IMG/VR virus record: IMGVR_UViG_3300032516_000007
Location: 51,042 to 115,041 of that record
Reading direction: 5' to 3' (one strand)
Origin: a virus
Length of the DNA: 64,000 nucleotides
In this document: one piece after another, positions 8,416-18,530 of the stretch
Position numbering within the stretch: the stretch's first letter is position 1
How the letters are laid out: each line of letters opens with the position of its first letter
Made by a program: the position numbers and the translations under genes
The notes under the pieces: generated by a model
What the model was told of the DNA's origin: nothing
What the model saw: the letters and a program-made list of their open reading frames with translations, nothing else
Databases searched by the model: none

Positions 8416-11400
8416 ATGATGCTTCCTCTGTGGATCGATCTTGTCAAGGCACGCAAAGGTGAGCGTGTTGGGGGAAAGTATATCCACAGATGGTGGAACT
8501 CTGGTCAGAACAAGTGGAACTACAAGTATTCTGATAAGCCTCACCCCCAGCATGGAATTCCCTATGTGGCTACTTCCAGCCACACGATTGAGGTTCACCC
8601 ATCAGTGAAATCTGAAGCCTCACCAGAAGAGGCGTTCCACCAGTCGGCCAGGGCAGAGCTGAAGCATGGGGAGGAGCAGAAGGCCACATTCAAAAACCCC
8701 AGTGGGGAGGTTCTGTTCACGGTCCACGTCAAGCCTGGGCTCGACAATCCTATCCATGTTGCCCCTCCTGGAACCCAATCAGCTCGGGGGGCTCAGAGGA
8801 TGGGCAGTTTGCGCCGATTCGAGAATTGGTTTCGTCGGCGTATGACCACACAGACAGTTTATGATGCTCATGGTGATCCTTGGTTTGATGTGCGGCTTCG
8901 TGGTCAGAGTGGTGAGTATCATCGTGAGGGTAAGATTCTGAATCCCAGCGATCGTTTGTCAGTTCGCTACTACCCTGACAGTCCCTACAATCCCTATCCG
9001 AAAGAAGAGACAGCCTGGGTTCCAGGCCCATTTCGTCAGGGCAGCATGAATGAGTGGGTCAGAGGGGAACATCGAAAACAAAGAGTATCTGGGCAGCGTG
9101 TGAAACCTGCCAAAGTTTTTTCAAAGGATGCAAAGCGGCCAGCCACCACGATGCTGGAGCAGGGGACCATCACTTGGAAGCAGGTTTTTCAACCTAAGAA
9201 GGGAAGGGGTGGAAAGTGGTGGAAACGAGTTGCGACGAATCTTAGGAGTAAAGATCAATTCTATTCTCGCATTATTCAGGAGCACTTTGGGTTGATTGTG
9301 AATCAGGCTATTCGTCAGTTGAAGATCTACTACATCACTGACAAAGATGGTCATCCAGATCGAAGAGCAGTGGCTCAGCTACTTGGATACTATGGGGGAC
9401 CTGGACGCAAGATGAAGGTTCAGGTTGATTCGGATTCTCCTACTCATCGGGCTGTTGAGAGAGCAGTCAATTCTTATGATCCTGAGAAGGGATGGAGATT
9501 CAATACCTACTTGGGTCACTGTGTGTGGTGGGAGCAATTCAAAGAGACCAAGAGGATTCTGGATCAGATAACTGCCCATAGAAAGCTGATCTCTAGAACT
9601 TCAGACAATGCTGGAAACATTCTGGATGAGATTAGTCTGACCCAGGCTGCTCCCGGTCATGAAGCGATCATTGGGGCTGGGGTTCATTACCAGACAGCCG
9701 AGGAGCACGTATCCCAAGATCAGGAAGTAGTTCAGAATTGGTTGAATCGGCAAGAGGATAAGTTGTCACGCTACGTTGTGGCTGAAGATGATCCTGATCG
9801 TCAGATGATAGCGTTCAATGCACTTCAGCATCTTGATGCAGTCAAGAACATCCAGCAGGCCATGGCTTTTGTGGTTCACTATCAGTCCTCGGGTGGTGAT
9901 GGGTTCGCAGAGCCATTAGAGTCTCCTGAGGATCGCTCAGTGGAGATTGCAACGCCTAGGCTGACCAAGCAGGAGAAGCTTAACTGGGTGAATCTTGTCA
10001 CTGAGCACCCAACTCTCACGAATCGAGAGAGGCATGCCCTCCTGGTGCTGGCTCCTACTGGTGATCTAACTGACATGGTTCCGTTCGATGAAGTTGCATC
10101 GAAACTAAACAAAGATCATCCAAAGGAGTTCCCGAGGGAGCCTAGGGTGAATGAGGTGGTGGACCTTTTCTTGGATGCCTACACGAAACTGGTTGGCTCA
10201 CCGGAGTTTGAAGCCATGCAGAGGAAGCTGTTCGCTGTTGCCAAGGCTATTGGTATCCTGAGCAAGGGGATCAAACGGGGAGGGAAGGCTCAGGACTATG
10301 AGTACCTTCGCAGAGAGGGCCTGCCTGGTGGCTACAAGTATTTCTACAAGGAGCCTGGAACCGAAAACATCATTCGGGGCACAAATGCTCCAGTGGATCA
10401 TCCTCACCACGATGCGTCCCTTGGGGTGTCTCAAAAGCATCCTCGTGAGCCTGACCCCGTGAAAGACCCTCAGTATTTTGATCCTCGTAATGGCAGAAAA
10501 CTCCACCGAGCTGCCCCTGAACATGCTGAGTGGAACAAGAACTACGGTCTGGAGCGTCCCCTTTCTGCGTGGGTAGCAAAGTGGCCCAAGGCAGATCCGA
10601 ACAATCCTGATCCCGAATACGCCTACTACCATTCAGATCAGGAAGGTAGAGGGGATCTGAAGTTCCACGTTAGCAATCGTCATTTCGCTGTGCAGTTGCC
10701 CAAGGTGAGGAAACTCTATAGTACCTTGATGAAGAGTAAGGAATTCTCAAGTCGAGTTCTGGGATTGATGATCTCTCTTCTGGATCAGGTGTATATGCGT
10801 CCTGGTAAGAAACAGCATGAGGAGAAGACTGGACATGTTGGGCTGGTTACATTGAAAGTATCCAACGTTGTGATGAAGGGTAATGTAGCTACTTTCTCTT
10901 ATGTGGGTAAGAGGGGAGTGAACATTGTTCACAGTATCACTCTAGATCATCCAACTGCAAAGATCATGAAGGATCTGATCAAAGCTCCCGGTAAATCACC
11001 CAAGGACTATTTGTTCTCTGTTCCGGTCCAAGTTGGTAGGAGAGTCAAATTCCGGGATGTTGGTTACAACAAGTTGTCCAGGACCCTTGATGAGGCGGTT
11101 GGTGTCACTCCCAAGCAATTCAGGATCTATCATGGGACAGAGGCGTTCTCGAGGACGTTTGAGCAGCTCCTCGAGGGGGTCAAGGGAAGAGTAACCCCCA
11201 AGGTTCTAGAAGCACTCACTGAGCAGTCGGCCCTCGAGGTGGCAAGGATGCTGGATCATTATGTTGGCAAGGGGGCAGAACAGAAACTTCACAGTCAGAC
11301 GGCTTTGAAGAGCTATATTGATCCTGTAGTGGTGAGGTCTCTTTATCTCAATGCCCTTACTCCAGATGTGAGCAAGGCATTCAAGCTTCAGGGAACTACA

Positions 11401-11832
11401 GAATTCCAGGGTCTCCCCATCAGCATTGAAAACAAGAAAGGATCAATTCGTAGGTGGTATGATCCCCACGAGAAGAGGAATGGGGTTACTCCCATGCACT
11501 TTGATTATGGGTACATTCGTAGGACAGAGGGCATGGATGGAGATCATGTGGATGTCTATATTGGCCCCCACCCTGAGTCCACAATAGCGTTTGTGGTGCA
11601 TCAGATGAAGGGTCCAGATTTCTTCGAGTTTGATGAAGATAAGGTGATGTTGGGATTCTCCTCTGCTGATGAGGCCCGATTGGCATACCTCAAACAGTAC
11701 GACAAGCCTGGGTTCTTTGGTGGGATCACTGCTATTCCGATGGATCAATTCAAGGAGAAGCTGGCTCAAACCAAAGATCATCCGATGATGCTGAAATCGT
11801 TTGTGTGGTTTGGGAATGAGGTGCTTCAGTGA
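8416..11832 (+). CDS. polyvalent protein: sigma70-like domain + type IB topoisomerase + InPase
   Basis: RAVNSYDPEKGWRFNTY (sigma region 2.3), LTNRERHAL..FDEVASKL (region 4); TopIB residues MRPG, VGKRG, KQFRIYHGT, LDH, KSYIDP; InPase ISIEN..GSIR, DYGYIRRTEGMDGDHVDVYIGP, FDEDKVMLGF. Start placed after the GAGGAG RBS. Confidence 0.8.
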   Translation: MMLPLWIDLVKARKGERVGGKYIHRWWNSGQNKWNYKYSDKPHPQHGIPYVATSSHTIEVHPSVKSEASPEEAFHQSARAELKHGEEQKATFKNPSGEVLFTVHVKPGLDNPIHVAPPGTQSARGAQRMGSLRRFENWFRRRMTTQTVYDAHGDPWFDVRLRGQSGEYHREGKILNPSDRLSVRYYPDSPYNPYPKEETAWVPGPFRQGSMNEWVRGEHRKQRVSGQRVKPAKVFSKDAKRPATTMLEQGTITWKQVFQPKKGRGGKWWKRVATNLRSKDQFYSRIIQEHFGLIVNQAIRQLKIYYITDKDGHPDRRAVAQLLGYYGGPGRKMKVQVDSDSPTHRAVERAVNSYDPEKGWRFNTYLGHCVWWEQFKETKRILDQITAHRKLISRTSDNAGNILDEISLTQAAPGHEAIIGAGVHYQTAEEHVSQDQEVVQNWLNRQEDKLSRYVVAEDDPDRQMIAFNALQHLDAVKNIQQAMAFVVHYQSSGGDGFAEPLESPEDRSVEIATPRLTKQEKLNWVNLVTEHPTLTNRERHALLVLAPTGDLTDMVPFDEVASKLNKDHPKEFPREPRVNEVVDLFLDAYTKLVGSPEFEAMQRKLFAVAKAIGILSKGIKRGGKAQDYEYLRREGLPGGYKYFYKEPGTENIIRGTNAPVDHPHHDASLGVSQKHPREPDPVKDPQYFDPRNGRKLHRAAPEHAEWNKNYGLERPLSAWVAKWPKADPNNPDPEYAYYHSDQEGRGDLKFHVSNRHFAVQLPKVRKLYSTLMKSKEFSSRVLGLMISLLDQVYMRPGKKQHEEKTGHVGLVTLKVSNVVMKGNVATFSYVGKRGVNIVHSITLDHPTAKIMKDLIKAPGKSPKDYLFSVPVQVGRRVKFRDVGYNKLSRTLDEAVGVTPKQFRIYHGTEAFSRTFEQLLEGVKGRVTPKVLEALTEQSALEVARMLDHYVGKGAEQKLHSQTALKSYIDPVVVRSLYLNALTPDVSKAFKLQGTTEFQGLPISIENKKGSIRRWYDPHEKRNGVTPMHFDYGYIRRTEGMDGDHVDVYIGPHPESTIAFVVHQMKGPDFFEFDEDKVMLGFSSADEARLAYLKQYDKPGFFGGITAIPMDQFKEKLAQTKDHPMMLKSFVWFGNEVLQ

Positions 11833-12824
11833 TCACCACAACTTCAGTTGGAGAGAAGTTTCAGAAGCCAATCCGAAGATTTGGCAGGTACGTTGCTCTG
11901 ACTCCAAGTCATCTACATCGGAAGTTGAAGAATGGCCACTACTCAATCATCTCTGCTGGTGCGAATAGATCTGATCCCAAAGAGAAAGATTTGCCCTGGG
12001 ATCATCCCATGTTCAAGGAGCGACACGAGAAGCTGAGGCAAGATTTGATCCATCATGGGCTTGATCACACAGAAGGGATGGGTCACTACGAGGGGAAAGA
12101 GCATTCGTTTGTTGTGTACCATGGTCCAGGTGGGAGGACTCCACCGGATGTTTCTGGAACCAAATCCTTTATGGTGCATCACGAACATCCCAGTGAGCAT
12201 GCAACAGTCAGGGACCTTGGGAAAAAGTACAATCAGCAGAGTGTGATTCATTCCTTGGGTGGTAAGCATGAACTTCATTTTGTGACAGGTGATCATGCAG
12301 GGACTCACCACAAGGGAGTGGGCCACGAGATCAAGCCCCATGCCGAAGACTACTATACTGAGATCAAACACAAGGAACCTCGCTCAACTAAGTTCTCTCT
12401 GAACTTAAATTGGGGTACCCATCATCCAGAGCATGAGGCAGTGCTGAAGGCTATGGTTCCAGAATCAGGAGAGGAAGGGGATGGGGAAGAAGAAGGGAGT
12501 TCTCACATCCACCACGTGACTGCTGATCCTCCCGATCAGTTCCCTCATGAGATAGAGTTTAACCGATGGTTGCACTCTCATCCAATCCATGAGAGTGATC
12601 ATGAGTGGAATTCAGTCAAGACAATGGGGGGCTTCAAAGATCTCCACATCCCAAGTCCCGAAGGGGAAGATGATGAGCAATCGTCTGCCGAGTCTGATCG
12701 TGCTGGATTCCAAGGTGGTGAACCTGATCAAGGGTCTGATGGGGAGCCCGAGTCCGCAGAGCCTGAGGACTACTCCTACCTCGACTCTTACCAGCATGGA
12801 GATCGAAAGCCTGCTGAAAAGTGA
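11829..12824 (+). CDS. SAM lyase (T3 SAMase)/DUF3293-like protein with acidic tail
   Basis: IISA..R, RHEKLRQDL, GHYEGKEHSFVV and LGKKYNQQSVI follow the T3 SAMase pattern. Confidence 0.55.
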   Translation: MITTTSVGEKFQKPIRRFGRYVALTPSHLHRKLKNGHYSIISAGANRSDPKEKDLPWDHPMFKERHEKLRQDLIHHGLDHTEGMGHYEGKEHSFVVYHGPGGRTPPDVSGTKSFMVHHEHPSEHATVRDLGKKYNQQSVIHSLGGKHELHFVTGDHAGTHHKGVGHEIKPHAEDYYTEIKHKEPRSTKFSLNLNWGTHHPEHEAVLKAMVPESGEEGDGEEEGSSHIHHVTADPPDQFPHEIEFNRWLHSHPIHESDHEWNSVKTMGGFKDLHIPSPEGEDDEQSSAESDRAGFQGGEPDQGSDGEPESAEPEDYSYLDSYQHGDRKPAEK

Positions 12825-15800
12825 CCAGCTTGGTTTTGACTACCCCATCCCTGTAGGGGATGAGCTGATCAAGGGAAGTCGGCATTCCAAGACTCAACAG
12901 CATGCTTGGCAGAAACTTGTTCAAGCTGTGGCCAATATAAAAGGTGCTCCCAATATCGTAAGACTGAAGGCGGGTGAGGGAGGGTCTATCGACCTGGATG
13001 AGCTTGGTGCAGGTGAGGGGGCCTGGGTCACTCCTCATAGCGGTCCTGCTGCTGGTAGACACATTCTGGTAGTGAAGAGACCAAATGGTGATCTTGTTCT
13101 GCTGGGTGGTCTCAACAAGCCCAACACCAGGATCGATGACAAGACGGACAAAGAGTATCTGGTTGACGATCAAGGTCGTGATATCCGTGAGGCGTCTCCC
13201 GAGGACTACCTCTCAAATCTGGCTAAGAGACACTTTCCATTCAAAGCCAAAGAAAAGCCTACTTATGAGACTAAGAAAGAGAAGGAGCGTAAAGCAGAAG
13301 CTCAGGTTTTCGCTGAGCGAAAGGCGAAAGTTCGAGTTGAGTATAAGGGGGCTCGAAAAGTAGCTCGTAAGCTAGTCAAGGAGCATCACAAGAATCTTCG
13401 TGAAACTCTTGGTCTGGCTGAGGGAACAACTCTCAGCCAAAAGTCGGAAAACAAGATCAAAGATTCATTTGAAAAGGCTGCTGGGGACACCCTCAAAAGT
13501 CTTGGGGTTGAGATCGACAAGGATACCAAGAAGTACATTTCCGAATTTGCAAACCGTGCGACGGGTAGTTTCCGTCGAGAGCGAAGAAAGAAGATTGATA
13601 GAGTCGAGGAGACTATTCTTGACGCTGCCAAGAAGGGTGGGCAGGGCAAGGACATTGCAGGTCATTTGCAAAAGATTCGTCAGATTGCCAAACAGATCAA
13701 GATCAGTGCAGCTCCGGTTCAGGATATGCTCGAGGAGGGTCTTGACGCATTTCGGACTGGGGACATGGAGAAGGCCAATGAGATTCTCAAAAAGGCTGCT
13801 GATGCTGCGGTAGCTGCTTCCTTTGACCATGCAGAACAGGAGGCCATGAAAGAGGTTGAGGTCCCGTCTGAGGATGCCACATTGGGCAATCAGGGTAACG
13901 TACCCAGTGGTGGTACCGCTCCAGAAATGATCGATATGATCGACAAAGATCCTAATGCCACCACAGCTCCTTCTGGAATGGATTTCACAAAGGCTCTTTC
14001 TAGACTCAAGGGATCACATGAGCGGGAGAAGGAACGGAAGCGACAAGAGAAGGAGAAGAAGGTAACTCAGGTTCCTCAGTACGCTCAGGTGGATGCTGAG
14101 CCCGACTTCGAGACGGAGGCCGATCAGAAGGCTTTCTACGATCAGGTGGGTGAGGCTCAGAAGACTTTTGCGGCGGCTCGTGTTGCTCAAGATCGCGCCA
14201 GGGAGATGATCAACAAGATCTCTGAGGAGGCAGCCGCAGCCGGTGTTGAGGATCGTCCCAGGACGGCTGTGTCTCCAGAGGAGTTTGCTGTTTCGCTTCA
14301 GGATATCGAGACAGCAATGGCTTCAACTGGAGTGACCCCGAAAGAGATCAAGAAGGAGATGGCGCTTCTGGAAACGGCTCAGAACTACACTACTCCCAAT
14401 CAGCCTGGGATGTACACGGTCATCAATGAGTTTTGGAATGATCATTCTGGCAATCTTCTTGATCCCTACATGAGGATGGGTTCTGAGTATGCTTTGGCTG
14501 GTTTGCTGTCAACTCATCTACCCAAGGAGGTTTTGGAGACTCCAGAAGTGAGTGGACTTCTTGGTAAGATTGCTACCAAGGTTAAGCTGAATGAGAGGAC
14601 AAATCAGTTTGAGATTCCTGGTGGCAAATCATTGGTTCGGGTCAACTATGGAGGGCTTGTCCAGAGAACCTCTGCATCTGTTGCTCCGGTGATTGTGGCA
14701 CGTCGGCTGGCTCAACTGGCTAGCCGTGGGGAAATGGAGAAGGAGAAGATTGCGGAGATTGAAAGACGGCAGAAAGAAGAGAAGCTTTCTGTTCGTGAGC
14801 GAATGGAGTTAGGCAAGGAAGTGAAGCGGCTTCGGAATAGTCCATTTGCCAAGCATTTTGGCAATGAGGAATTTAGGAATCTGATCAACTCCGTTGAGAA
14901 GAATAACGCTGGGTGGTGGGAGGTAGACCCCTCTGGCCAGCAGATTCATCATCCATCGTCTCTCCTCTCCACAGAAGAAAAGGCAATGGAGGCTGATCGG
15001 AAGATTGCTACGCAGATTGAGTTGATTGAGGCACAAACAAAAACTGGTGAAATGCTGTCTTCAGAGGACAAATTGGGCATGGAGGGGGAGATCAATCCTC
15101 GTAGTAAACTTGGTAGAATGGTTCAGAAGGCAGAGGTTCTTGAGTCTCTGCGTCAGCGGCGTCAGGAGAACCTGGGTTTGGCTTTGGGATCTCTAGAAAC
15201 ATCAGCTACTCTCGCTGTAGCTCTGCATGAAGCCCATTTGAAAACCAGTGCTGCCAGGGCTGGCCTTACCAGGGTTCCGGAAGAGACCAGGACAGCTCAT
15301 CAGCTCAATACCGAAATCAACGATCTGAAATCTCAGATTATTGATCCTAAGCTTTCCTATAATGAGCAAAAGGCTTTGGGTAGGAGGGTGAGGGATCTAG
15401 AGAGCAGACTTGGGACTATTGTCAGCTCACCAACTATCCCTACCCATGATGATGTGAGGATCGATATTCCTGGACCTGTGAGTCATCCTGATCCAGATCA
15501 GCAATTACTTCTGAGGCAGACTCAGACGATTGCTGCACGAGATTATGCTCGGAATCAGTTGGGCCTCGATGAGTCTGAGATTCATGAAGCTGAGGGATCT
15601 GCTGTTGCAATACCAAGAGGTAAGCTAGCAGCTATTGGTATTGATAAAAATGGGGCTCATGTGAGGTTGCGGATCGGTGGTCCTCTTACCCCTGAAGATG
15701 TAGAGCGTGAAGCATCTGAAGCATCTGGGGGGAAGAAAAAGAAGAGGAAGGCACGGGGTATCATGGATAAGCTTCCTCGTATGGAAGCCCATCAGGTTTC

Positions 15801-18288
15801 TCAGGATCTATATTCTGAGATCAAAAAGAATAGAGAATTGCCCACTGAAAAAGATCATCCAAAGCTCATGAGGTCTGTTCGTAGATCAGACCCAGATATG
15901 CCACTTAGAATGAGGTTGTCTCAGTTCAATTCGTTCAACTTCATGCGAAAACCAAAGATGTTTGATGAGAATGGAAAACCCATCAGAGGATCAAAGGGTG
16001 GGTTGAATACGATGGTTACGGGTGGTGGCAAGACATTGGCTGCGTTTCTCAACATCGCTGACAATGTTCAGCGTGGAGAACACATGAATTATGTGCTCTC
16101 TGTTCCCAACGACAAAGTTCAGGACTGGGTGAGAGAAGCTTGGGACAAGACTGAGTTCCACACAGTTGGCAAGCTTGAAGAGAGGGTGAATAAGGACACT
16201 GGTAAGAAGGAGAAGATCCCTCCGAAGCGAGATGCTTTGACCAGGGAGTTAGAGACTGCTCTCAAAGAACAAGGTGGTGGCAAGAATCCAACCCCAATCG
16301 TGATTGCTGTTCCTGATGGTATCTCGATGGCTCATGGCTATGGTATTAAGGGGTGGGGTAAGGAACAACAGCATGAGTTTTTCAAGAAGATTAGAGATCT
16401 TATTCGGGACAACGGTGGGATTGAAAAGAGAAACATCATCTTTGTGACGAACCATAACACGGATGGCAACATCCATGCAGAACTGACCAAAACACAGGTG
16501 AAACTTCGTACGGGTTGGGGTCATCAGTACGCTCAAGGGGGCTTTATGGCAGGTGGTCCAAGAGACCAAGCGAAAGAAGGAGATCGTATAGATCATCTTT
16601 CTCAGTTGGGAGTTCGTGGTCGGATTGTGGATGAGCCCCAGGTTTTGCTCTCAACGGGAGAGACAAGTAACCGAGGAGCAGAGGGTAAGCGGATTCTCTC
16701 TAGTAGCCATCCAATGGAATACCGACAATTACTGACAGCAACTCCCGCTCGTCGTCAGCTTGTGGAGGCTTATGATGCAGTGAAGTGGGTTGCCAGCACT
16801 CCTCAGATGGATGAAAAGGGAAACTACCTAAGACATATCAAGAAGGATGGAAGTTCAGGTGCCCATTTATATCACAAGATTGATGGGCTACCCACTAGAG
16901 GGGATTTCATGTCCCAGATGGGCGGTCTTGGGCGTGGTACTTTTACGCATGAGCATCTTCTGGAGGAGGAAGCTCGAAACATGATCGCCAATTGGAATAT
17001 TGGCGATGAACAACGTGAGCGGCACTTTGCACAACATGTGTTTGATCATTCGGCCCCAAGATCTGAGACTCAGAAGCAACGACAAATAGAGATTGAACAT
17101 AATGCTCGTAATATTGTGCGGAGAGAGCTGGAGAAAGAAGCCATTGATCAAAAGAAGCCAGTCGATAAGCTTGGCAAGATAGAAGAAGCCAATGCTAAAG
17201 CACGAGCCCTTCAATACATAGAGGCAGAGCACCGACAGAACATTCATGGACCGGGAGTGGTTCGCGGTGAGGGTGGAGAGGTCGTGAGGAGGACTACGAA
17301 GGAGGCTGGTGTTACTCAGTTGCCTAGAGTCAATGTTGCCGATTGGAAGCACAATTCTAAGATCAATTCTATGATTCACCAATTGAAGCAATCTGTGGAG
17401 GAAGCTCAGAAGAAAGGTAAAACACATCAGACAGTGATTGTGGTGGATGGTCCCGATCAAGCTGCGGCTGCCAGGGAAGCTTTGAGGACCGTCTACCCAC
17501 CTCTCGATATTATTGATCCTAAAACTGGGAGGAAAGATCCTTTGCACAAGAAGGCACAGATTGGTTGGTTGGGAGCAATGTTGTCAGGACAGGGATCGAA
17601 GCGGCCTTCTCCCACTGAGATCGATATCGCAAAGAAGAAGTTCGAGGAGGGTGATCTGCAAGCTCTGATCATTGATAAGAAAACAATTCAGGGTCACGAT
17701 CTTCAGATGGCAGACTCCCTTCACATGCTCACACACCTTGATGATGCAGGTACGTTGAAGCAGGCTCATGGGCGTGTGGATCGTTCTCCCAGAAAAGTAA
17801 GAGACGAATCAGAGATCAACAAAGATCTCCTTCACATCATCCGTTCTGACCCCCGTGGCAAGCCTTCGGCTTTGGTGAGGAGATCTATCAGGGATGCCTT
17901 CAATGATGCCCACAAGAAACATCCTGACATATTCCCAGAAGGGCAGGATGTGGGAACTCTTCCGAATGGGGAGATCAAAAAGCTCCTTAATGCTTATCGC
18001 CAGTACGATCACAATGAGTGGCAAGATCTAATGTTGCATTCGGGAGTGTTCACCGAGACTCCCATGGATCTGCACAACTACACCACTTCAGATTCTCCTC
18101 ACGATCAAAAGTTGGAGGAGGATATTGCTCGTGGGTTGGGAACCCAGAGGGTGACATCTCCAGAGTTGATGAAGCCCCCAACCACCCAGCAGGCTGTCAA
18201 GCATGAACCATCTGGGGAGGTGAGCAAAGGTTTGCTCCCCATGTACATTCCATGGAATGAGCCTCTCTCTTTGTTTGTGAGGGACTAA
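12670..18288 (+). CDS. giant polyvalent protein with SF2/SNF2-like helicase
   Basis: Walker A TGGGKT, motif II IVDEPQ, III LTATP, V GHDLQMAD, VI QAHGRVDR; long charged N-terminal half; start uncertain (12670 or 12796). Confidence 0.75.
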   Translation: MMSNRLPSLIVLDSKVVNLIKGLMGSPSPQSLRTTPTSTLTSMEIESLLKSDQLGFDYPIPVGDELIKGSRHSKTQQHAWQKLVQAVANIKGAPNIVRLKAGEGGSIDLDELGAGEGAWVTPHSGPAAGRHILVVKRPNGDLVLLGGLNKPNTRIDDKTDKEYLVDDQGRDIREASPEDYLSNLAKRHFPFKAKEKPTYETKKEKERKAEAQVFAERKAKVRVEYKGARKVARKLVKEHHKNLRETLGLAEGTTLSQKSENKIKDSFEKAAGDTLKSLGVEIDKDTKKYISEFANRATGSFRRERRKKIDRVEETILDAAKKGGQGKDIAGHLQKIRQIAKQIKISAAPVQDMLEEGLDAFRTGDMEKANEILKKAADAAVAASFDHAEQEAMKEVEVPSEDATLGNQGNVPSGGTAPEMIDMIDKDPNATTAPSGMDFTKALSRLKGSHEREKERKRQEKEKKVTQVPQYAQVDAEPDFETEADQKAFYDQVGEAQKTFAAARVAQDRAREMINKISEEAAAAGVEDRPRTAVSPEEFAVSLQDIETAMASTGVTPKEIKKEMALLETAQNYTTPNQPGMYTVINEFWNDHSGNLLDPYMRMGSEYALAGLLSTHLPKEVLETPEVSGLLGKIATKVKLNERTNQFEIPGGKSLVRVNYGGLVQRTSASVAPVIVARRLAQLASRGEMEKEKIAEIERRQKEEKLSVRERMELGKEVKRLRNSPFAKHFGNEEFRNLINSVEKNNAGWWEVDPSGQQIHHPSSLLSTEEKAMEADRKIATQIELIEAQTKTGEMLSSEDKLGMEGEINPRSKLGRMVQKAEVLESLRQRRQENLGLALGSLETSATLAVALHEAHLKTSAARAGLTRVPEETRTAHQLNTEINDLKSQIIDPKLSYNEQKALGRRVRDLESRLGTIVSSPTIPTHDDVRIDIPGPVSHPDPDQQLLLRQTQTIAARDYARNQLGLDESEIHEAEGSAVAIPRGKLAAIGIDKNGAHVRLRIGGPLTPEDVEREASEASGGKKKKRKARGIMDKLPRMEAHQVSQDLYSEIKKNRELPTEKDHPKLMRSVRRSDPDMPLRMRLSQFNSFNFMRKPKMFDENGKPIRGSKGGLNTMVTGGGKTLAAFLNIADNVQRGEHMNYVLSVPNDKVQDWVREAWDKTEFHTVGKLEERVNKDTGKKEKIPPKRDALTRELETALKEQGGGKNPTPIVIAVPDGISMAHGYGIKGWGKEQQHEFFKKIRDLIRDNGGIEKRNIIFVTNHNTDGNIHAELTKTQVKLRTGWGHQYAQGGFMAGGPRDQAKEGDRIDHLSQLGVRGRIVDEPQVLLSTGETSNRGAEGKRILSSSHPMEYRQLLTATPARRQLVEAYDAVKWVASTPQMDEKGNYLRHIKKDGSSGAHLYHKIDGLPTRGDFMSQMGGLGRGTFTHEHLLEEEARNMIANWNIGDEQRERHFAQHVFDHSAPRSETQKQRQIEIEHNARNIVRRELEKEAIDQKKPVDKLGKIEEANAKARALQYIEAEHRQNIHGPGVVRGEGGEVVRRTTKEAGVTQLPRVNVADWKHNSKINSMIHQLKQSVEEAQKKGKTHQTVIVVDGPDQAAAAREALRTVYPPLDIIDPKTGRKDPLHKKAQIGWLGAMLSGQGSKRPSPTEIDIAKKKFEEGDLQALIIDKKTIQGHDLQMADSLHMLTHLDDAGTLKQAHGRVDRSPRKVRDESEINKDLLHIIRSDPRGKPSALVRRSIRDAFNDAHKKHPDIFPEGQDVGTLPNGEIKKLLNAYRQYDHNEWQDLMLHSGVFTETPMDLHNYTTSDSPHDQKLEEDIARGLGTQRVTSPELMKPPTTQQAVKHEPSGEVSKGLLPMYIPWNEPLSLFVRD

Positions 18289-18530
18289 TGGCACACGAAA
18301 AAGTCAAAGAGGCTCTCGCGGAGAACACAGCGCAGATGAAGGTGCTGGCTGATCGGTATGTGGCGATTTGGGCTAGGGCAGGACGAGAGATCGAGGCTGA
18401 AAAAGAAAAGCCAGTTCCATCTCAGTGGAAGATCGAAGCTATGAAGAGGATGCAGGAAAGGGTTGAGGAGAAGATTGCACAGTTCAAGGGAGCAGATCGA
18501 CTTGCCGATGACCAGCCAAAGGAGTTTTAG
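18288..18530 (+). CDS. hypothetical protein
   Basis: 80 aa helical ORF translationally coupled to the upstream gene. Confidence 0.7.
   Translation: MAHEKVKEALAENTAQMKVLADRYVAIWARAGREIEAEKEKPVPSQWKIEAMKRMQERVEEKIAQFKGADRLADDQPKEF

Noticed and set aside
10560-11350. Eukaryotic large DNA virus origin suggested by TopIB
   Set aside because: Shine-Dalgarno sites, sigma70-type promoters and myophage structural genes indicate a bacteriophage.
12589-12669. Longer N-terminus for the helicase gene (and likewise 8344 for the TopIB fusion)
   Set aside because: Deep overlap with the upstream CDS; better RBS-linked starts exist downstream.
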